In this document: one piece after another, positions 37,781 to 48,911 of the stretch
Layout: every line of letters begins with the position of its first letter
Position numbering within the stretch: position 1 is the first letter of the stretch
From: a virus
Taxonomy: Duplodnaviria; Caudoviricetes
Reading direction: 5' to 3' (one strand)
Virus record (IMG/VR): IMGVR_UViG_3300037424_001682
Coordinates: 1 to 64,000 of that record
Length of the DNA: 64,000 nt
Made by a program: the position numbers and the translations under genes
The notes under the pieces: model-generated
The model's database searches: none
Told to the model about the DNA's origin: nothing
The model's input: the letters and a program-made list of their open reading frames with translations, nothing else

Positions 37781-39376
37781 TTATTTAGTGAACTTATAAT
37801 TAATAAGTCCCTTTAATTTATTGAGGTGTTGATCATTTTTGTATGCAGATTCAGTAACTAATTTACTTTTATCCTTTACTGTTGATGATTCCCCAATTAT
37901 TTCTTTATTTAATTTTTCTTCAACCTGTTCTTTGATTACTTCTTTGTTGTTATTTTTCATCTCAGAAACTACTTGTTTGAAGACTTTTTTAGATTCATCA
38001 ATATTATTGATGGTTTTGAATTTGTTGATAATCTGTTTTACATTTTCTTTGTTTTCAACAGATTCAACCAAAATGTTATTAACATGAGCGAGATTAGTAT
38101 TAAAGACTGCCATTTCTTGAAGGTGTGTTCTATATTTAGTCAAACCTTCTTTATATTGCTCGTTTACTTTTTCAAGTTTTCCAAGTTGATTTCTTTGTTC
38201 GTTGATCTTTTTAGATAATTTCTTCTTGTCTTCAAGAAGAGTTTTGATCTTCTTATTTAAAGATTCAGCCATTTCACCCCATTCGGCACGAGTTCTTTCA
38301 TGACCAGCACGGTTTCTGTATTGTTGACCATCATTAGGAAGACTACCTGCGCGAACTTTACCAGCAGAATAAGATTGGCCATGAATTTCGTCAATAGCCT
38401 CTTTATCTTCTTCTTTATCTTCGATATCAACATCTTCTTCATTAATTGTTGCTTGAGATGGTCCACCAGCACCGTTAGCGTTTCCTTTATTTTGATCAGG
38501 TCCAGATAATCCACCAACTTCTTTCATTTCATCAACATTAGGAGTTTTCCCTTGTTTTTCACCAAACGGTTCACTATCGCCTACGTTTTCTTTAATGTTT
38601 TTCTTGTCAGTTTCATCAAATGGATCGGTTTCGCCATGCTTTTTTTCAGGATTGTCAAAAGGTTCACCCTCATTTTCGTTTAACGATTTATCTTTGAAAG
38701 GATCACCCATTTTACGAGCTTTGAATTCTTCATATAATGAGTTATAAACATCTTCTGATAAGTTATGATTTTCACCAAACATATTAGTTATATGTCCATT
38801 AAATTCATTCTCGTACATTGTTTCTTTTTCTTTATTTTCCATGTCTGTTACGATTTCGCCCATTTTTTCATAAAGCATTTTAAATTTTTGGTACGGGTCT
38901 GTTACTTCGGCAGTTTCTTTAACTGCGCTTTCACCTGCCATATCTGGAATTACATCGGTGGTGTCATCAACATTTATTGAAGCACTACCAGTATCTAATC
39001 CTGCAAGTTCTTTTTCTAATTCACTGAAATCAAATTCATCATTTTCTACAGCAAATTGATCTTCGGGATTTGCGTTATTATACACATCTTCTACAGTATC
39101 CATACTCTCGGTTGTTAAATCAACTTCTTCATTGATTTGTTTTTCAGATTTTTTATTATCAACTAATTCTTTTTTATTTTTGCCTTCAACAATAGGCTCT
39201 TTATCTGATTTATTAGTAATTTTTTTTATTTCTTCATTTAATATTTCATCAAATTTATCAGGCATCGCCTTGATAATTTTTTCACGAGCAGATTTATCTG
39301 CTTCTTGAAGAAGAACTTTAAAATCAATTAATGCTTCTTCTAAAATAGTTTTTTTAATTTCTTTTTTATTTTCCAT
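37781..39376 (-). CDS. prohead scaffold/core protein
   Basis: acidic coiled-coil protein between protease and capsid genes; EMAVFNTNLAHVN, IDESKKVF motifs. Confidence 0.75.
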   Translation of the reverse strand: MENKKEIKKTILEEALIDFKVLLQEADKSAREKIIKAMPDKFDEILNEEIKKITNKSDKEPIVEGKNKKELVDNKKSEKQINEEVDLTTESMDTVEDVYNNANPEDQFAVENDEFDFSELEKELAGLDTGSASINVDDTTDVIPDMAGESAVKETAEVTDPYQKFKMLYEKMGEIVTDMENKEKETMYENEFNGHITNMFGENHNLSEDVYNSLYEEFKARKMGDPFKDKSLNENEGEPFDNPEKKHGETDPFDETDKKNIKENVGDSEPFGEKQGKTPNVDEMKEVGGLSGPDQNKGNANGAGGPSQATINEEDVDIEDKEEDKEAIDEIHGQSYSAGKVRAGSLPNDGQQYRNRAGHERTRAEWGEMAESLNKKIKTLLEDKKKLSKKINEQRNQLGKLEKVNEQYKEGLTKYRTHLQEMAVFNTNLAHVNNILVESVENKENVKQIINKFKTINNIDESKKVFKQVVSEMKNNNKEVIKEQVEEKLNKEIIGESSTVKDKSKLVTESAYKNDQHLNKLKGLINYKFTK

Positions 39377-39415
39377 GATAAAATATCATTACATAAATTT
39401 AATTTTCAATTCTTT

Positions 39416-39424
39416 TATAAATAC
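39416..39424 (-). promoter_or_regulatory. putative late promoter GTATTTATA
   Basis: upstream of the scaffold-capsid operon. Confidence 0.7.
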
Positions 39425-39509
39425 ACAAAAAAAAATAAAAAGTACATTTTTTTATAAAACGACTCTACAATTTTTATTTTTTGGTGCATTTTTTGCTTTT
39501 TTATTTTTT

Positions 39510-41384
39510 TTATCCTAATAAAATATCAATGCCTTTTTGCAATTTGCCTATTTTATTCTCAACCTCTAATATATTTTTCTTAATTGTTGATTCGGTACTA
39601 ATTTGAAGTTCATTTCTTTCGGGAAATAAATAAGCCCCTGGCGTTGAAGGACTTGACACTAAATCAAAAGAAATTAATTCAAAATCATTTTGTACAATGT
39701 TTTTACCATTTACTTCTTCTATTGATCCAACACCACGAGAAGAAATACCTAATCGAATACCTCTTTTTAAATATTCCGCAATCTTATCACCAATCATGAA
39801 GGGTTCGCCTCTTTCCATATATGCTGGTGATGTTATTAATTCTAATTGTCCATATAAAATATTTTCATTGGCACCATTACCCCACCACATTTTTCGAATT
39901 ATATGTGAAAGATTATGTAAAGAAACGACCGAAGAATTACCCGTCCAATGCGCTTTACCATTTACTCTTGTCATAAAATTACCGTTTGGAACTCTAACAC
40001 AAGCAATTTTATCGTTAATATGGATTTTATTTATTTTTATTGATCGTTTATCTAACCAAATATATGAAGTGTTTGATATATGTAAATTATATTGTATTTT
40101 AGAATTTTTAGATAATATTTTTTTTTCGTTTTCAAATATTTCAACAGTGCCATCTTCTAACACCCTTTCTTTTTTATCTATAATTACCCTATCTATTGGT
40201 TGATATGTAGTTATATTACCAGAACCACCAATTTTTATTAAAACTTCATGTAAATCATCAATAAGTTGTTTAGATGTTGAAAAAACAGAGTTTCTTTTAG
40301 TTTTATTTATTGTATTTAAACTTCTACCATCACCCAATCTAAACCAATCGAAAAATGTTTTTAATAAATCGGACGATGCTTGTTTTATTTCATACGGTAT
40401 GTATTTATTGTGTGAATTACCCAAAGGAAATAAATATTTATATAATCTTGCGTCATGAATATGGTATTGTTCTTTACCATCATTAAAATTTTGAACTCTG
40501 TATTCAAAAGGTAATCTATCTAATAATTCTTTTATTTTTTTCTTAGTATTTTCTTTCTTTTGAGTTATACAAATATCATAATATGTTCTTTTATTTGATT
40601 TTACTCCTAAACAATGACCATCAGCAAGATAAATACCTAAAAAAGCAAACCAATCCTCCGCATTGATTGAAATGTTTTGAGTATATTTATATTTTAAGTC
40701 TTTTCTTATACTATATCCCAAATATTCATCTTCTACACCATTTAAAACAAATTCACTTAAAGTTTCACCAATCCACTCGGATTTTTTTAATATTTTATTT
40801 TTTCCTGATGATAATATTCCACCAACATCCTCATAAATTTCTTGTGCAGTCATATAAAACCGAACGCCCTTATTATCTTCTAATAAAAATCTATGGTTGG
40901 GTGTTACTGTTATATCTATAGTTCTTGATTTAAATTCAAACATTTCACCATTATAGTCTTCATAAATTTTCTTATCAATTTTTTGAATTTCAATTTTATT
41001 TGTTTTAGTATTTAATGTTTGAATCTCTTCATTTTCAGAAATATTTTCCCATTCTTTCCACCCATTTTTTGTAAGTATTTGAGAGTCTTTTTCAACCCAC
41101 ATACAGTCGGGGTGATCAGCTTCGGAGACGGCAGAATTCATATCAATTAATTTTTGATATGCTTCAACTTGTGGTACTAATATTTCTTTTGGATAAATTC
41201 TACCGTTTTTATTTTCAGTACCCCACTTTTGTAAAACACAATTAATTAAAATTGGTTGATTAGGGTCTAATGTTAATTTACCTTCGGTTAATAAACTTTT
41301 ATTTAATTGATCATCTATATATCCACTATCTTGTTCTATTAAAATCCCAAAACCAGTTTCGCCTCTTTGTAATATCTTACTCAT
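39510..41384 (-). CDS. prohead protease (T4 gp21-like) precursor with one intein
   Basis: NKNGRIYP, SEADHPD|SSVVSL, LGISSRGVGS, FELISFDLVSSPSTPGA. Confidence 0.92.
   Translation of the reverse strand: MSKILQRGETGFGILIEQDSGYIDDQLNKSLLTEGKLTLDPNQPILINCVLQKWGTENKNGRIYPKEILVPQVEAYQKLIDMNSAVSEADHPDCMWVEKDSQILTKNGWKEWENISENEEIQTLNTKTNKIEIQKIDKKIYEDYNGEMFEFKSRTIDITVTPNHRFLLEDNKGVRFYMTAQEIYEDVGGILSSGKNKILKKSEWIGETLSEFVLNGVEDEYLGYSIRKDLKYKYTQNISINAEDWFAFLGIYLADGHCLGVKSNKRTYYDICITQKKENTKKKIKELLDRLPFEYRVQNFNDGKEQYHIHDARLYKYLFPLGNSHNKYIPYEIKQASSDLLKTFFDWFRLGDGRSLNTINKTKRNSVFSTSKQLIDDLHEVLIKIGGSGNITTYQPIDRVIIDKKERVLEDGTVEIFENEKKILSKNSKIQYNLHISNTSYIWLDKRSIKINKIHINDKIACVRVPNGNFMTRVNGKAHWTGNSSVVSLHNLSHIIRKMWWGNGANENILYGQLELITSPAYMERGEPFMIGDKIAEYLKRGIRLGISSRGVGSIEEVNGKNIVQNDFELISFDLVSSPSTPGAYLFPERNELQISTESTIKKNILEVENKIGKLQKGIDILLG
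39936..41105 (-). mobile_element. intein in the prohead protease (390 aa, LAGLIDADG)
   Basis: starts CMWVEKDS, block B VTPNHRF, GIYLADG and FRLGDG motifs, ends HWTGN|S. Confidence 0.9.
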
Positions 41385-41388
41385 GTTT

Positions 41389-41826
41389 TTATAATATTTT
41401 ATTATAAATAGTTTCTTTTTTTGTTATTTTCTCATCAAAAGCATCTGCATACATCTTATTTTTGTAAATTATTATTATTTCAGAAGGTTTAATTGCTTCA
41501 ATAATATGATATGTATTACTAGGGATTAATTGAGAATCTTGAGATTTTAATTTGATTTTTTCATCATATTGAGGAATGATTAAATTTATCTCTCCACTTA
41601 AACATGTAATTCTTTTTAATTTATCGTCAATAATTGTGTTTGTTGTAGTATTTGCTCCATATTTAATAATACTACAAGACGTTTCGTTATTCGATGTATC
41701 AAATAATATTTTTTCGTCTGAAATATTTTTAATTTTTTTTTCGTTTAATACAGATTCAATAATAGAACATCTATTATCAATCCTTTTGGTGATATATTTA
41801 AATGCATCTATCTTCATATTATCCAT
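41389..41826 (-). CDS. hypothetical protein, cupin-like C-terminal half
   Basis: ITCLSGEINL...IPSNTYHIIEA resembles cupin motifs. Confidence 0.45.
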   Translation of the reverse strand: MDNMKIDAFKYITKRIDNRCSIIESVLNEKKIKNISDEKILFDTSNNETSCSIIKYGANTTTNTIIDDKLKRITCLSGEINLIIPQYDEKIKLKSQDSQLIPSNTYHIIEAIKPSEIIIIYKNKMYADAFDEKITKKETIYNKIL

Positions 41827-42367
41827 TTCTGTTAAAACTATTTTCTAACAATTTAATACTATTAATTAAATTAGTTTCTAAAGTACTTAATTTATCCAAA
41901 ATTTGAGTATGTCTATTACTGGTCATAATATCCCCGTTCTCAATTAATTTATTTAAGCCTTTAATAACATCCATTGCATATTTTTCAGATTCGGCCCATT
42001 GTTTGTTCCATTCATCAACTTTATTCATTAATAATGTATTTATTGTGTCGTTTCTTTTTGTTGACTCTAATCTAACATCATCAACACGTTTAATAAATGT
42101 ATTATTAATTTCGTCAATTTTATTTAAATGGCTTCTCGTTAAATCTTCAATTTTTTTTGCATAATCATCTTTGCTGTCTTCTAATTGTTTAGTTTTTTTA
42201 GAAAGCTCTTTCCATAAAAGACCAACAACCCCTAATAATAATGCACCAGCAACACTAACAATCCAAACCAAAACCTTTGTAACCTCACCACTTTCTGCTG
42301 CCTTATCTAATCCCTCAATAGGGATGTTTGTTTGTAATAAACTAAATAATAAATTATAGATTCCCAT
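41819..42367 (-). CDS. membrane protein with coiled coil (holin-like candidate)
   Basis: single TM VLVWIVSVAGALLLGVVGLLW followed by a long helical region. Confidence 0.45.
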   Translation of the reverse strand: MGIYNLLFSLLQTNIPIEGLDKAAESGEVTKVLVWIVSVAGALLLGVVGLLWKELSKKTKQLEDSKDDYAKKIEDLTRSHLNKIDEINNTFIKRVDDVRLESTKRNDTINTLLMNKVDEWNKQWAESEKYAMDVIKGLNKLIENGDIMTSNRHTQILDKLSTLETNLINSIKLLENSFNRNG

Positions 42368-42382
42368 TTCATCAATTTTATA

Positions 42383-42435
42383 TATAAATAGTTTTTTTGA
42401 GTCGAAAAAAGGTTTTTTCTAATTAAGTATTTATA
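42383..42435. promoter_or_regulatory. divergent late promoter pair
   Basis: minus CTATTTATA 42383-42391 and plus GTATTTATA 42427-42435. Confidence 0.65.
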
Positions 42436-42452
42436 AGAAAATATAAAAAAAT

Positions 42453-45400
42453 ATGGGGGTACAACTTATCGACCCGATAGAGGCAATTAAACAGTTTCCA
42501 TTTGCAAACGGTGTTCCTGAATATGAACGAATGTTTATATTTGCAGAATTAACAGCACAACGTAGAGGTAGATCAATTATACTTTCAAGTGGAAATGGTA
42601 CATTTAGTTTAGAAAGAACAATTAATAGTGATTTAACTGTTAATATGTTAGGTCCAGATAAACCAACTAATACTTTTACTACAAATTGGAGTGAAGCAAC
42701 ATCTGCAACCGAAGATAATTTTGAAGGATTTGGTATTACTAGAATTTCAGTTAAGATTAATTCTAGTTTTGTACCTGTAGTTACTATTGATTTTTTAGAT
42801 ATTAGAGGTTTGGCATTTTTTAATTCTGGTTCTAATTCACCATATGCTGTTTTACATGATTTTCCACCACCAATGTTTGATTTAACATTAAAAGGATATT
42901 ATGGGAAATCATTAACCTATCAACTCCATTTAATTAGGCAAAACACAACATTTGAAGGCACTAGTGGTAATTATAAAACTACCGCAGAATTTGTTGCACG
43001 AACCTTTGCACCATTAACAGATATTTTATTTCAATATCCTAGAATGTTCCCTTTAATGGAAACAGATACTATTAATATTCCTGCACCACAAGCAAATTCT
43101 GCACCCGTAGGTAATTTAATCACATCTAATAGAGCAATTCAACCCAAAGGTATCTTTAATTTGTTAGATAATATAAAAAACACATATCAACAAATTGATA
43201 GATTATTGCAAGATTCAGATGAAAAAGAAAAAATAGAAACAAAACAAAAACAAAGAAATGATATTCGTATCAATTTAAATGAAATAAATAGATTTGCTAC
43301 TCAATTAGATAATAAATCTTACAACAGTAATAATACTTCATTATTAATTCAAAAATTCGGTCCCGACCATAATTTCGTTGAAGATACTGTAGGACAATCG
43401 TTAACTTTATTATCGAACATTCAGGATTATCAAAAATCATTAAAATCAACCGAAACTACTGGTGTTGATTATAATAATAGATTATTTTTAGGTATTAAAT
43501 TAAATGATGAAGAAGTTACACCAACTAATTTAGTTCCTAACATATCTTCTAATTTATATAACAATATTCAAACAAGAAACGCATTAAATACATTAGATAA
43601 TTATAGAAAAAAATTAATTGGTCAATATCCGAAAGAAGCAAATAACGAATTATTTGGTATCACATCAACCGGTTCTGAATCAGATATTAATAAAGTTATA
43701 CCACAAGCACAAATCAAATTTATCTATGTTTCATTAACAAATTCTAGTACACAAAATACTAATTATAAAAAAACTAATTATGTGACATTAGACATTACTT
43801 TGTTTTATCAAAAATTATTTAAATATTTTACTGTTCAATTAGAAAAAGAAATCGATGAATTACAACGTGATTTAGGTGACCGTGTAAATGATATTACTGA
43901 AAGTAATTTGGAAATGAAACCAACAATTAAAAACATTTTTAAAATAATTTGTGATGACGTTGATATTTTTTTTAATAAATTAAGAAATGCTGCTGTTAAG
44001 GGCCAAGAACATCATAACGACCCTACAAATAAAGTAATAATTACAGGTAATGATGACTTACCAGAAGAAAAAAATAAAGTAACAGAAGTTGATGCTTTTC
44101 CGTTATATATTGAACAATCCGTAATTAATGATATTAACGGTAATTGTAAAACAATAACTAGAAAACAACGTGCGTATCCCGCAAAAGATGGTGGTATTAG
44201 TAATCAAACAACTACTCCGTTTCCAGAAGTAGAATTAGTTGAAAGATTTATTAATACATACATACAAATAAGAAATTTAGAATTAATCGATAAATTAAGA
44301 AACAAACAAAGTGCTAGTGGCGATTTAGTGTTCATACCATCATCGCCATACGATTCACTTTTAGGTAATCCAGATGCCTACCAATCTCCATATGTAGCGT
44401 CAAGCGTTGCTGGTGGAATAGGTACTGGTGAACTAACTCAAGAACAAATATTTAATGTTTTACTTAATAGATTCTATGTGTTTTCACAATATACTTATGC
44501 AGAATCTTTTTATAAAGAAGACAATAAAAATATTAAAGAATCCCTTGCTAAATTTGGTGGTGAAAGTGAAGCATCTAACATTGCATTATCAATAGTTAAT
44601 ACAGAAGTTATTGATAATATGATTACATTATTAAATAATTATAGCACTTCTGATGCATTATTTGGATATTTATCCGGGAATACAAATATCGATAATTATT
44701 CTAAACAACAAACATCAATATTATACGGTAAAAGTTCAAGTAATTTTGATCCTATATATAAAAGTAAAAGTAACGCAGCCCCTTATTTTGGGTTGAATAT
44801 TCTTGATTCAAATACTATTGGATTAGAAAGAAGTGGAGGTGAAGATAATATTATTGAAAAATATATCACAAATATTCAAAACGCGCCTACGGGATGGTTT
44901 GATAAAACAATAAATTATATTAAAAATTTCTTCAATATTAACGAAAATTTAGTCTTTTCTATTGAAAATATTCAATTAATTAAAGACGCACCTAATAGTG
45001 AAAATGGTCAAACAAAATATGGGTTAGAATATAAACAATTCGACCCCACTCATAAAACAATAAATTATTTAGATAAATTAAGTACTGTTTTTGGTGGTAG
45101 ATTTTCAGATGATTTTCATAACGATGCGGTGTTGTTGAAATTTTTGAAAGATCATCCTAATTCAGAATCTAGTTATTTTTTATTGTGTTCTTTATTTACC
45201 TTTTCAAAGACAATATTTACTACTGATATAAATCAAGCAATAGACGTTCCAGCATTATTTAACGTTCCTGCTTCTTTCCTTGTATATAGTGGTGCTTTAT
45301 TGGATTATGAAACTAATTTTCAACCAGATTTACAACCATTATTTGATGCATTTAAAGAAGAATATGTTCGTCCAGTATTTTCTGCTCAAGGAACTCAAAA

Positions 45401-47015
45401 TATTAATCTAACAAACTTATCTGTAGATGATATCCAAATAATTAAAGATTTACCTCAACGACAATATTTATCTTCTAGAGATCAAGCAGAATTAAGAGAT
45501 TATTATCTTAACTTCTTTGCCAATGAAGGTGAAAGCATATATTTGGATATTGTATCGATATTAGAAGAAGGTGTGGCAAATAATTGGTTAAAAGATGATT
45601 ATTTAAATGCGTTACAAAACGCAACAATAGAATCAAATTCACCAATAAAAAAATTGTATGAAGGAAAAGGGTTTGTTAATTATTCAGAATTAACTTTAAA
45701 TCAACAAGAATCTACTGTAGATAATTTAGGTGTTAATCCAAACATTTTTGTACCATTATCACAAACAAATATTAATCCTGAACTTAAAACGGTTAATGAT
45801 GTATATTTTAATGCTTTTATAAGAAAATTAGTTAGAGAATTAAGGGCCAGAAAAACATTTGTTAATAATCAAAATTTAGAAATATCATCATCACTAGAAG
45901 ATACTGATATTAAGAATCAATGTTACTATTCATTTAAATCAATATCAGACAAATGGTTATCAGGATTTGGTAATGCATCCAATGGATTTCCTTTTAATCC
46001 AGTAGGAAAAAGTTTAATTGATCAATTCATTTTTGTTGACCGAGCATTTAATGATATTGGTGATAAAGTTGTAATTAATTTAAGACCATTGCTTGAATAT
46101 GAAAACGATTATGATAGTAGCGTTTTTAGTGTAATGTCAAGAATATTAGCATTAAATGGGTTTGAATTTTTCCCATTACAAAATTTTATGAGTTTTAATT
46201 CACAAGATTGGGAAGATTCATTTAGAATTTGGGAAACCTTAGATCAAGAAACCGCACCTGCGTTTGTATGTATGTATGTTGGTGGCGTTTCTTCTAAATT
46301 AAAAGCATTTACTGGCGATGATGTTTTTGATGATGACGGTATTGGAGATATTAGTAATCAACAAGAAATTCCTGATTTTTGGAGTAACGAATTGAATGAT
46401 TGTAATAGAAATGATACTCCATCTACAGATAATAATGTTCAATCAAAGCAAGATCAAACAAAAAATACACCCGAAACCGCACAAGATTTACAATTTAATC
46501 AGGTTAAAGCCTTTAGAGTTAGATTTGGTGAACAAGATCAAGCAGTATTTAAAAACATTCATTTAGATACTAGAGAATTTAAAGATACAAATGAAAGTTT
46601 GGCAATTCTTTCCGAAATTGCACAAGACGAATCATATGCAACACCAGTACCAAAAGGACAAAATTTATTTAACACCTTTGAACAAAGATCGTATTCATGT
46701 ACAGTAGATATGTTAGGTGATATGATGATACAACCAACACAATATTTTCAATTAGAAAATATACCACTATTTTCTGGTGCGTATTTAATTTTAAACGTTG
46801 AACATGAATTTACCGCAAATCATGCATCAACATCATTTACTGGAATTCGAATTTTAAAATATCCTGTACCATATGTTACTGATTTTGCATCTACTGCTGG
46901 TTTAAAATCAAATGATGATACCCAAGAAGGCGGTGCACCATCAACAAAAGAAGAAATTAGTCAAAATGCTGTAGCATATGTTGGCATGAATCAATTAAGT
47001 ATAAACGCAAGATAA
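42453..47015 (+). CDS. large virion protein, putative baseplate hub/tail initiation protein
   Basis: 1520 aa; C-terminal CTVDMLGDMMIQPTQYFQL.NIPLFSGAYLILNVEHEF resembles hub/GpD-type domains; late motif upstream. Confidence 0.55.
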   Translation: MGVQLIDPIEAIKQFPFANGVPEYERMFIFAELTAQRRGRSIILSSGNGTFSLERTINSDLTVNMLGPDKPTNTFTTNWSEATSATEDNFEGFGITRISVKINSSFVPVVTIDFLDIRGLAFFNSGSNSPYAVLHDFPPPMFDLTLKGYYGKSLTYQLHLIRQNTTFEGTSGNYKTTAEFVARTFAPLTDILFQYPRMFPLMETDTINIPAPQANSAPVGNLITSNRAIQPKGIFNLLDNIKNTYQQIDRLLQDSDEKEKIETKQKQRNDIRINLNEINRFATQLDNKSYNSNNTSLLIQKFGPDHNFVEDTVGQSLTLLSNIQDYQKSLKSTETTGVDYNNRLFLGIKLNDEEVTPTNLVPNISSNLYNNIQTRNALNTLDNYRKKLIGQYPKEANNELFGITSTGSESDINKVIPQAQIKFIYVSLTNSSTQNTNYKKTNYVTLDITLFYQKLFKYFTVQLEKEIDELQRDLGDRVNDITESNLEMKPTIKNIFKIICDDVDIFFNKLRNAAVKGQEHHNDPTNKVIITGNDDLPEEKNKVTEVDAFPLYIEQSVINDINGNCKTITRKQRAYPAKDGGISNQTTTPFPEVELVERFINTYIQIRNLELIDKLRNKQSASGDLVFIPSSPYDSLLGNPDAYQSPYVASSVAGGIGTGELTQEQIFNVLLNRFYVFSQYTYAESFYKEDNKNIKESLAKFGGESEASNIALSIVNTEVIDNMITLLNNYSTSDALFGYLSGNTNIDNYSKQQTSILYGKSSSNFDPIYKSKSNAAPYFGLNILDSNTIGLERSGGEDNIIEKYITNIQNAPTGWFDKTINYIKNFFNINENLVFSIENIQLIKDAPNSENGQTKYGLEYKQFDPTHKTINYLDKLSTVFGGRFSDDFHNDAVLLKFLKDHPNSESSYFLLCSLFTFSKTIFTTDINQAIDVPALFNVPASFLVYSGALLDYETNFQPDLQPLFDAFKEEYVRPVFSAQGTQNINLTNLSVDDIQIIKDLPQRQYLSSRDQAELRDYYLNFFANEGESIYLDIVSILEEGVANNWLKDDYLNALQNATIESNSPIKKLYEGKGFVNYSELTLNQQESTVDNLGVNPNIFVPLSQTNINPELKTVNDVYFNAFIRKLVRELRARKTFVNNQNLEISSSLEDTDIKNQCYYSFKSISDKWLSGFGNASNGFPFNPVGKSLIDQFIFVDRAFNDIGDKVVINLRPLLEYENDYDSSVFSVMSRILALNGFEFFPLQNFMSFNSQDWEDSFRIWETLDQETAPAFVCMYVGGVSSKLKAFTGDDVFDDDGIGDISNQQEIPDFWSNELNDCNRNDTPSTDNNVQSKQDQTKNTPETAQDLQFNQVKAFRVRFGEQDQAVFKNIHLDTREFKDTNESLAILSEIAQDESYATPVPKGQNLFNTFEQRSYSCTVDMLGDMMIQPTQYFQLENIPLFSGAYLILNVEHEFTANHASTSFTGIRILKYPVPYVTDFASTAGLKSNDDTQEGGAPSTKEEISQNAVAYVGMNQLSINAR

Positions 47016-47016
47016 T

Positions 47017-48021
47017 ATGGCTGTTAAATCAAATAAACATGAAACTATAACTGTTGGTGGTAGAAATTTTATAGCAAAAGCATTATCCGTTGCAGCATAT
47101 AATGGCTTCGAAGGTGCTATGGGTTGGGACCAAAAAGATGGCGGTATTAAAAAAAATGAAATTGTTAGTGCAAACATTAAAGATCATTTAGGAAACACTA
47201 TAACAACTAATGATCAATATTTTAATGCAATAGTTTATTGGTATGAATTGTATGGTCAAAAATACAACATAAACCCAAATATTTTAGCGGCCCAAGGATA
47301 TGTTGAAAGTACATTTAGATCATATGCATATGCACAAACATCTACAGCAATGGGTATTGGTCAATTTACTATAGATACGATTCATGATGTGATATTTGGT
47401 AATTTAATGGCTGAATTTACTAATAGCGAAATTAATACTCTTACTAATGGAATTGTGTCATATAACACTAATGTTCCCGTAACAAATTTGAAGAATTATT
47501 ATATTGTAAAAGATGCACCACCAACACAATCAAATTCAACAAAAACACAAGCAGAACTTAGCCTTAATAATAAATTGATATTATATCACAATGTTGTAAA
47601 TAATCCACAAATTATGATTAAAGCACAAGCTGTTTTATTAGCAGCAATATCTAAAAACCATAATAATTTAGCTGCATCAACATTAATGATGTATCATAAC
47701 GGACCGTTTTTAAAATATCCTAGCGGTGATTCAAATCTTAAATCAACTAATTTTGGTGAATTGTTTGATAAAGTTTTGAAATTAAGAAATAAATATGGTA
47801 AAGACGTATATAATGCCGATGTTATTAATCGAGGATTAGATTATGTTAGAAGAATATTAGACATGTTAGCAAAAGATGGTGGAACCCGCCTTGGAGGATC
47901 AATAGAAAATTTTGGATTTGTTATTGATAGAACCGAAATCAAAGGAAGTGCTCTTGTGGATGCAAGTCTAAGTCACAATCTTAGAACTCAACCAAGTGAA
48001 ATAGCAGGTACTCAAGATTAA
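47017..48021 (+). CDS. lytic transglycosylase (SLT domain)
   Basis: YNINPNILAAQGYVES.F...A...AMGIGQF catalytic Glu motif. Confidence 0.8.
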   Translation: MAVKSNKHETITVGGRNFIAKALSVAAYNGFEGAMGWDQKDGGIKKNEIVSANIKDHLGNTITTNDQYFNAIVYWYELYGQKYNINPNILAAQGYVESTFRSYAYAQTSTAMGIGQFTIDTIHDVIFGNLMAEFTNSEINTLTNGIVSYNTNVPVTNLKNYYIVKDAPPTQSNSTKTQAELSLNNKLILYHNVVNNPQIMIKAQAVLLAAISKNHNNLAASTLMMYHNGPFLKYPSGDSNLKSTNFGELFDKVLKLRNKYGKDVYNADVINRGLDYVRRILDMLAKDGGTRLGGSIENFGFVIDRTEIKGSALVDASLSHNLRTQPSEIAGTQD

Positions 48022-48743
48022 GATAACAAATGTTGTTTGTAATTTACTAACTTAATAATACTTGTATTTATTGATTCGCTATCTGATAGTAATTTATTGA
48101 TTGAATCAATTGCTTCATTTATCTTATCCTCAATACCATTGTTGTTACCTTCATTAGTTAATTCAATAGTTTCTTTTTTTAGTGTTTCAAAAATACTTTG
48201 TTTACTTTCTAATGTTGAAGTGGTTAAAATACTAAATAATCTTCTTTGTTCTTCATCTAACACCTTGTATTTATCATTAAATTTGTTAACAGCAAATTCC
48301 AAAATAACTTCTCTATCTATATTATCGGGTAATTTAATAACATCTTCATTTAATACTTCTGGTTTATTGTTTTGAATGTGTTCTAACACTACAACGTAGG
48401 CATCATGTTGTTTATCTACATCTTCGCTATGTAATAGAGTATGGATTGATTCATATAGTGCTTGTTTTTTTTCATCAATAGAAATTTGTTCGTTAAATTC
48501 TTGAATTTTTTCCAATTCACTTTCAGATAAAATTCCTCTTTTTGATACATTTCTATCAATGTGCTTCATTGCAAGCATTGGGTTTGGAATGTATGCTTTT
48601 TCTAATGATTTATATATTTTAAATTCATTTTGTAGTTTAGTTGAATTTTTTATTGCTTCAATAAATTTAGAAATTGATTTAGCAGAGGATGAATTAAAAT
48701 ATTTATTGCTTTGAATTGCCTTTATTTTACCAAAATTTTCCAT
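48018..48743 (-). CDS. hypothetical helical protein (head module)
   Basis: 241-aa ORF downstream of the portal gene. Confidence 0.65.
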   Translation of the reverse strand: MENFGKIKAIQSNKYFNSSSAKSISKFIEAIKNSTKLQNEFKIYKSLEKAYIPNPMLAMKHIDRNVSKRGILSESELEKIQEFNEQISIDEKKQALYESIHTLLHSEDVDKQHDAYVVVLEHIQNNKPEVLNEDVIKLPDNIDREVILEFAVNKFNDKYKVLDEEQRRLFSILTTSTLESKQSIFETLKKETIELTNEGNNNGIEDKINEAIDSINKLLSDSESINTSIIKLVNYKQHLLS

Positions 48744-48832
48744 ATTTTCCGTTACTTAATATATAATGAGCCACCCATCTACACTTTCTGATAAATGAGC
48801 TTCGATTTTTATAGTGATTTGCTCTTTACCTT

Positions 48833-48841
48833 TATAAATAC
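48833..48841 (-). promoter_or_regulatory. putative late promoter GTATTTATA
   Basis: upstream of 48743. Confidence 0.55.
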
Positions 48842-48911
48842 TATATAATATGATAAAAAGTTAGGTAATTATTGTTGAAATGGAATTATTGAAAATATAT
48901 GTGGATAGTCT

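Noticed and set aside
48768-48841. Short stop-free stretch (GKEQITIKIEAHLSESVDGWLIIY) on the minus strand
   Set aside because: No start codon, and it overlaps the promoter motif; treated as intergenic
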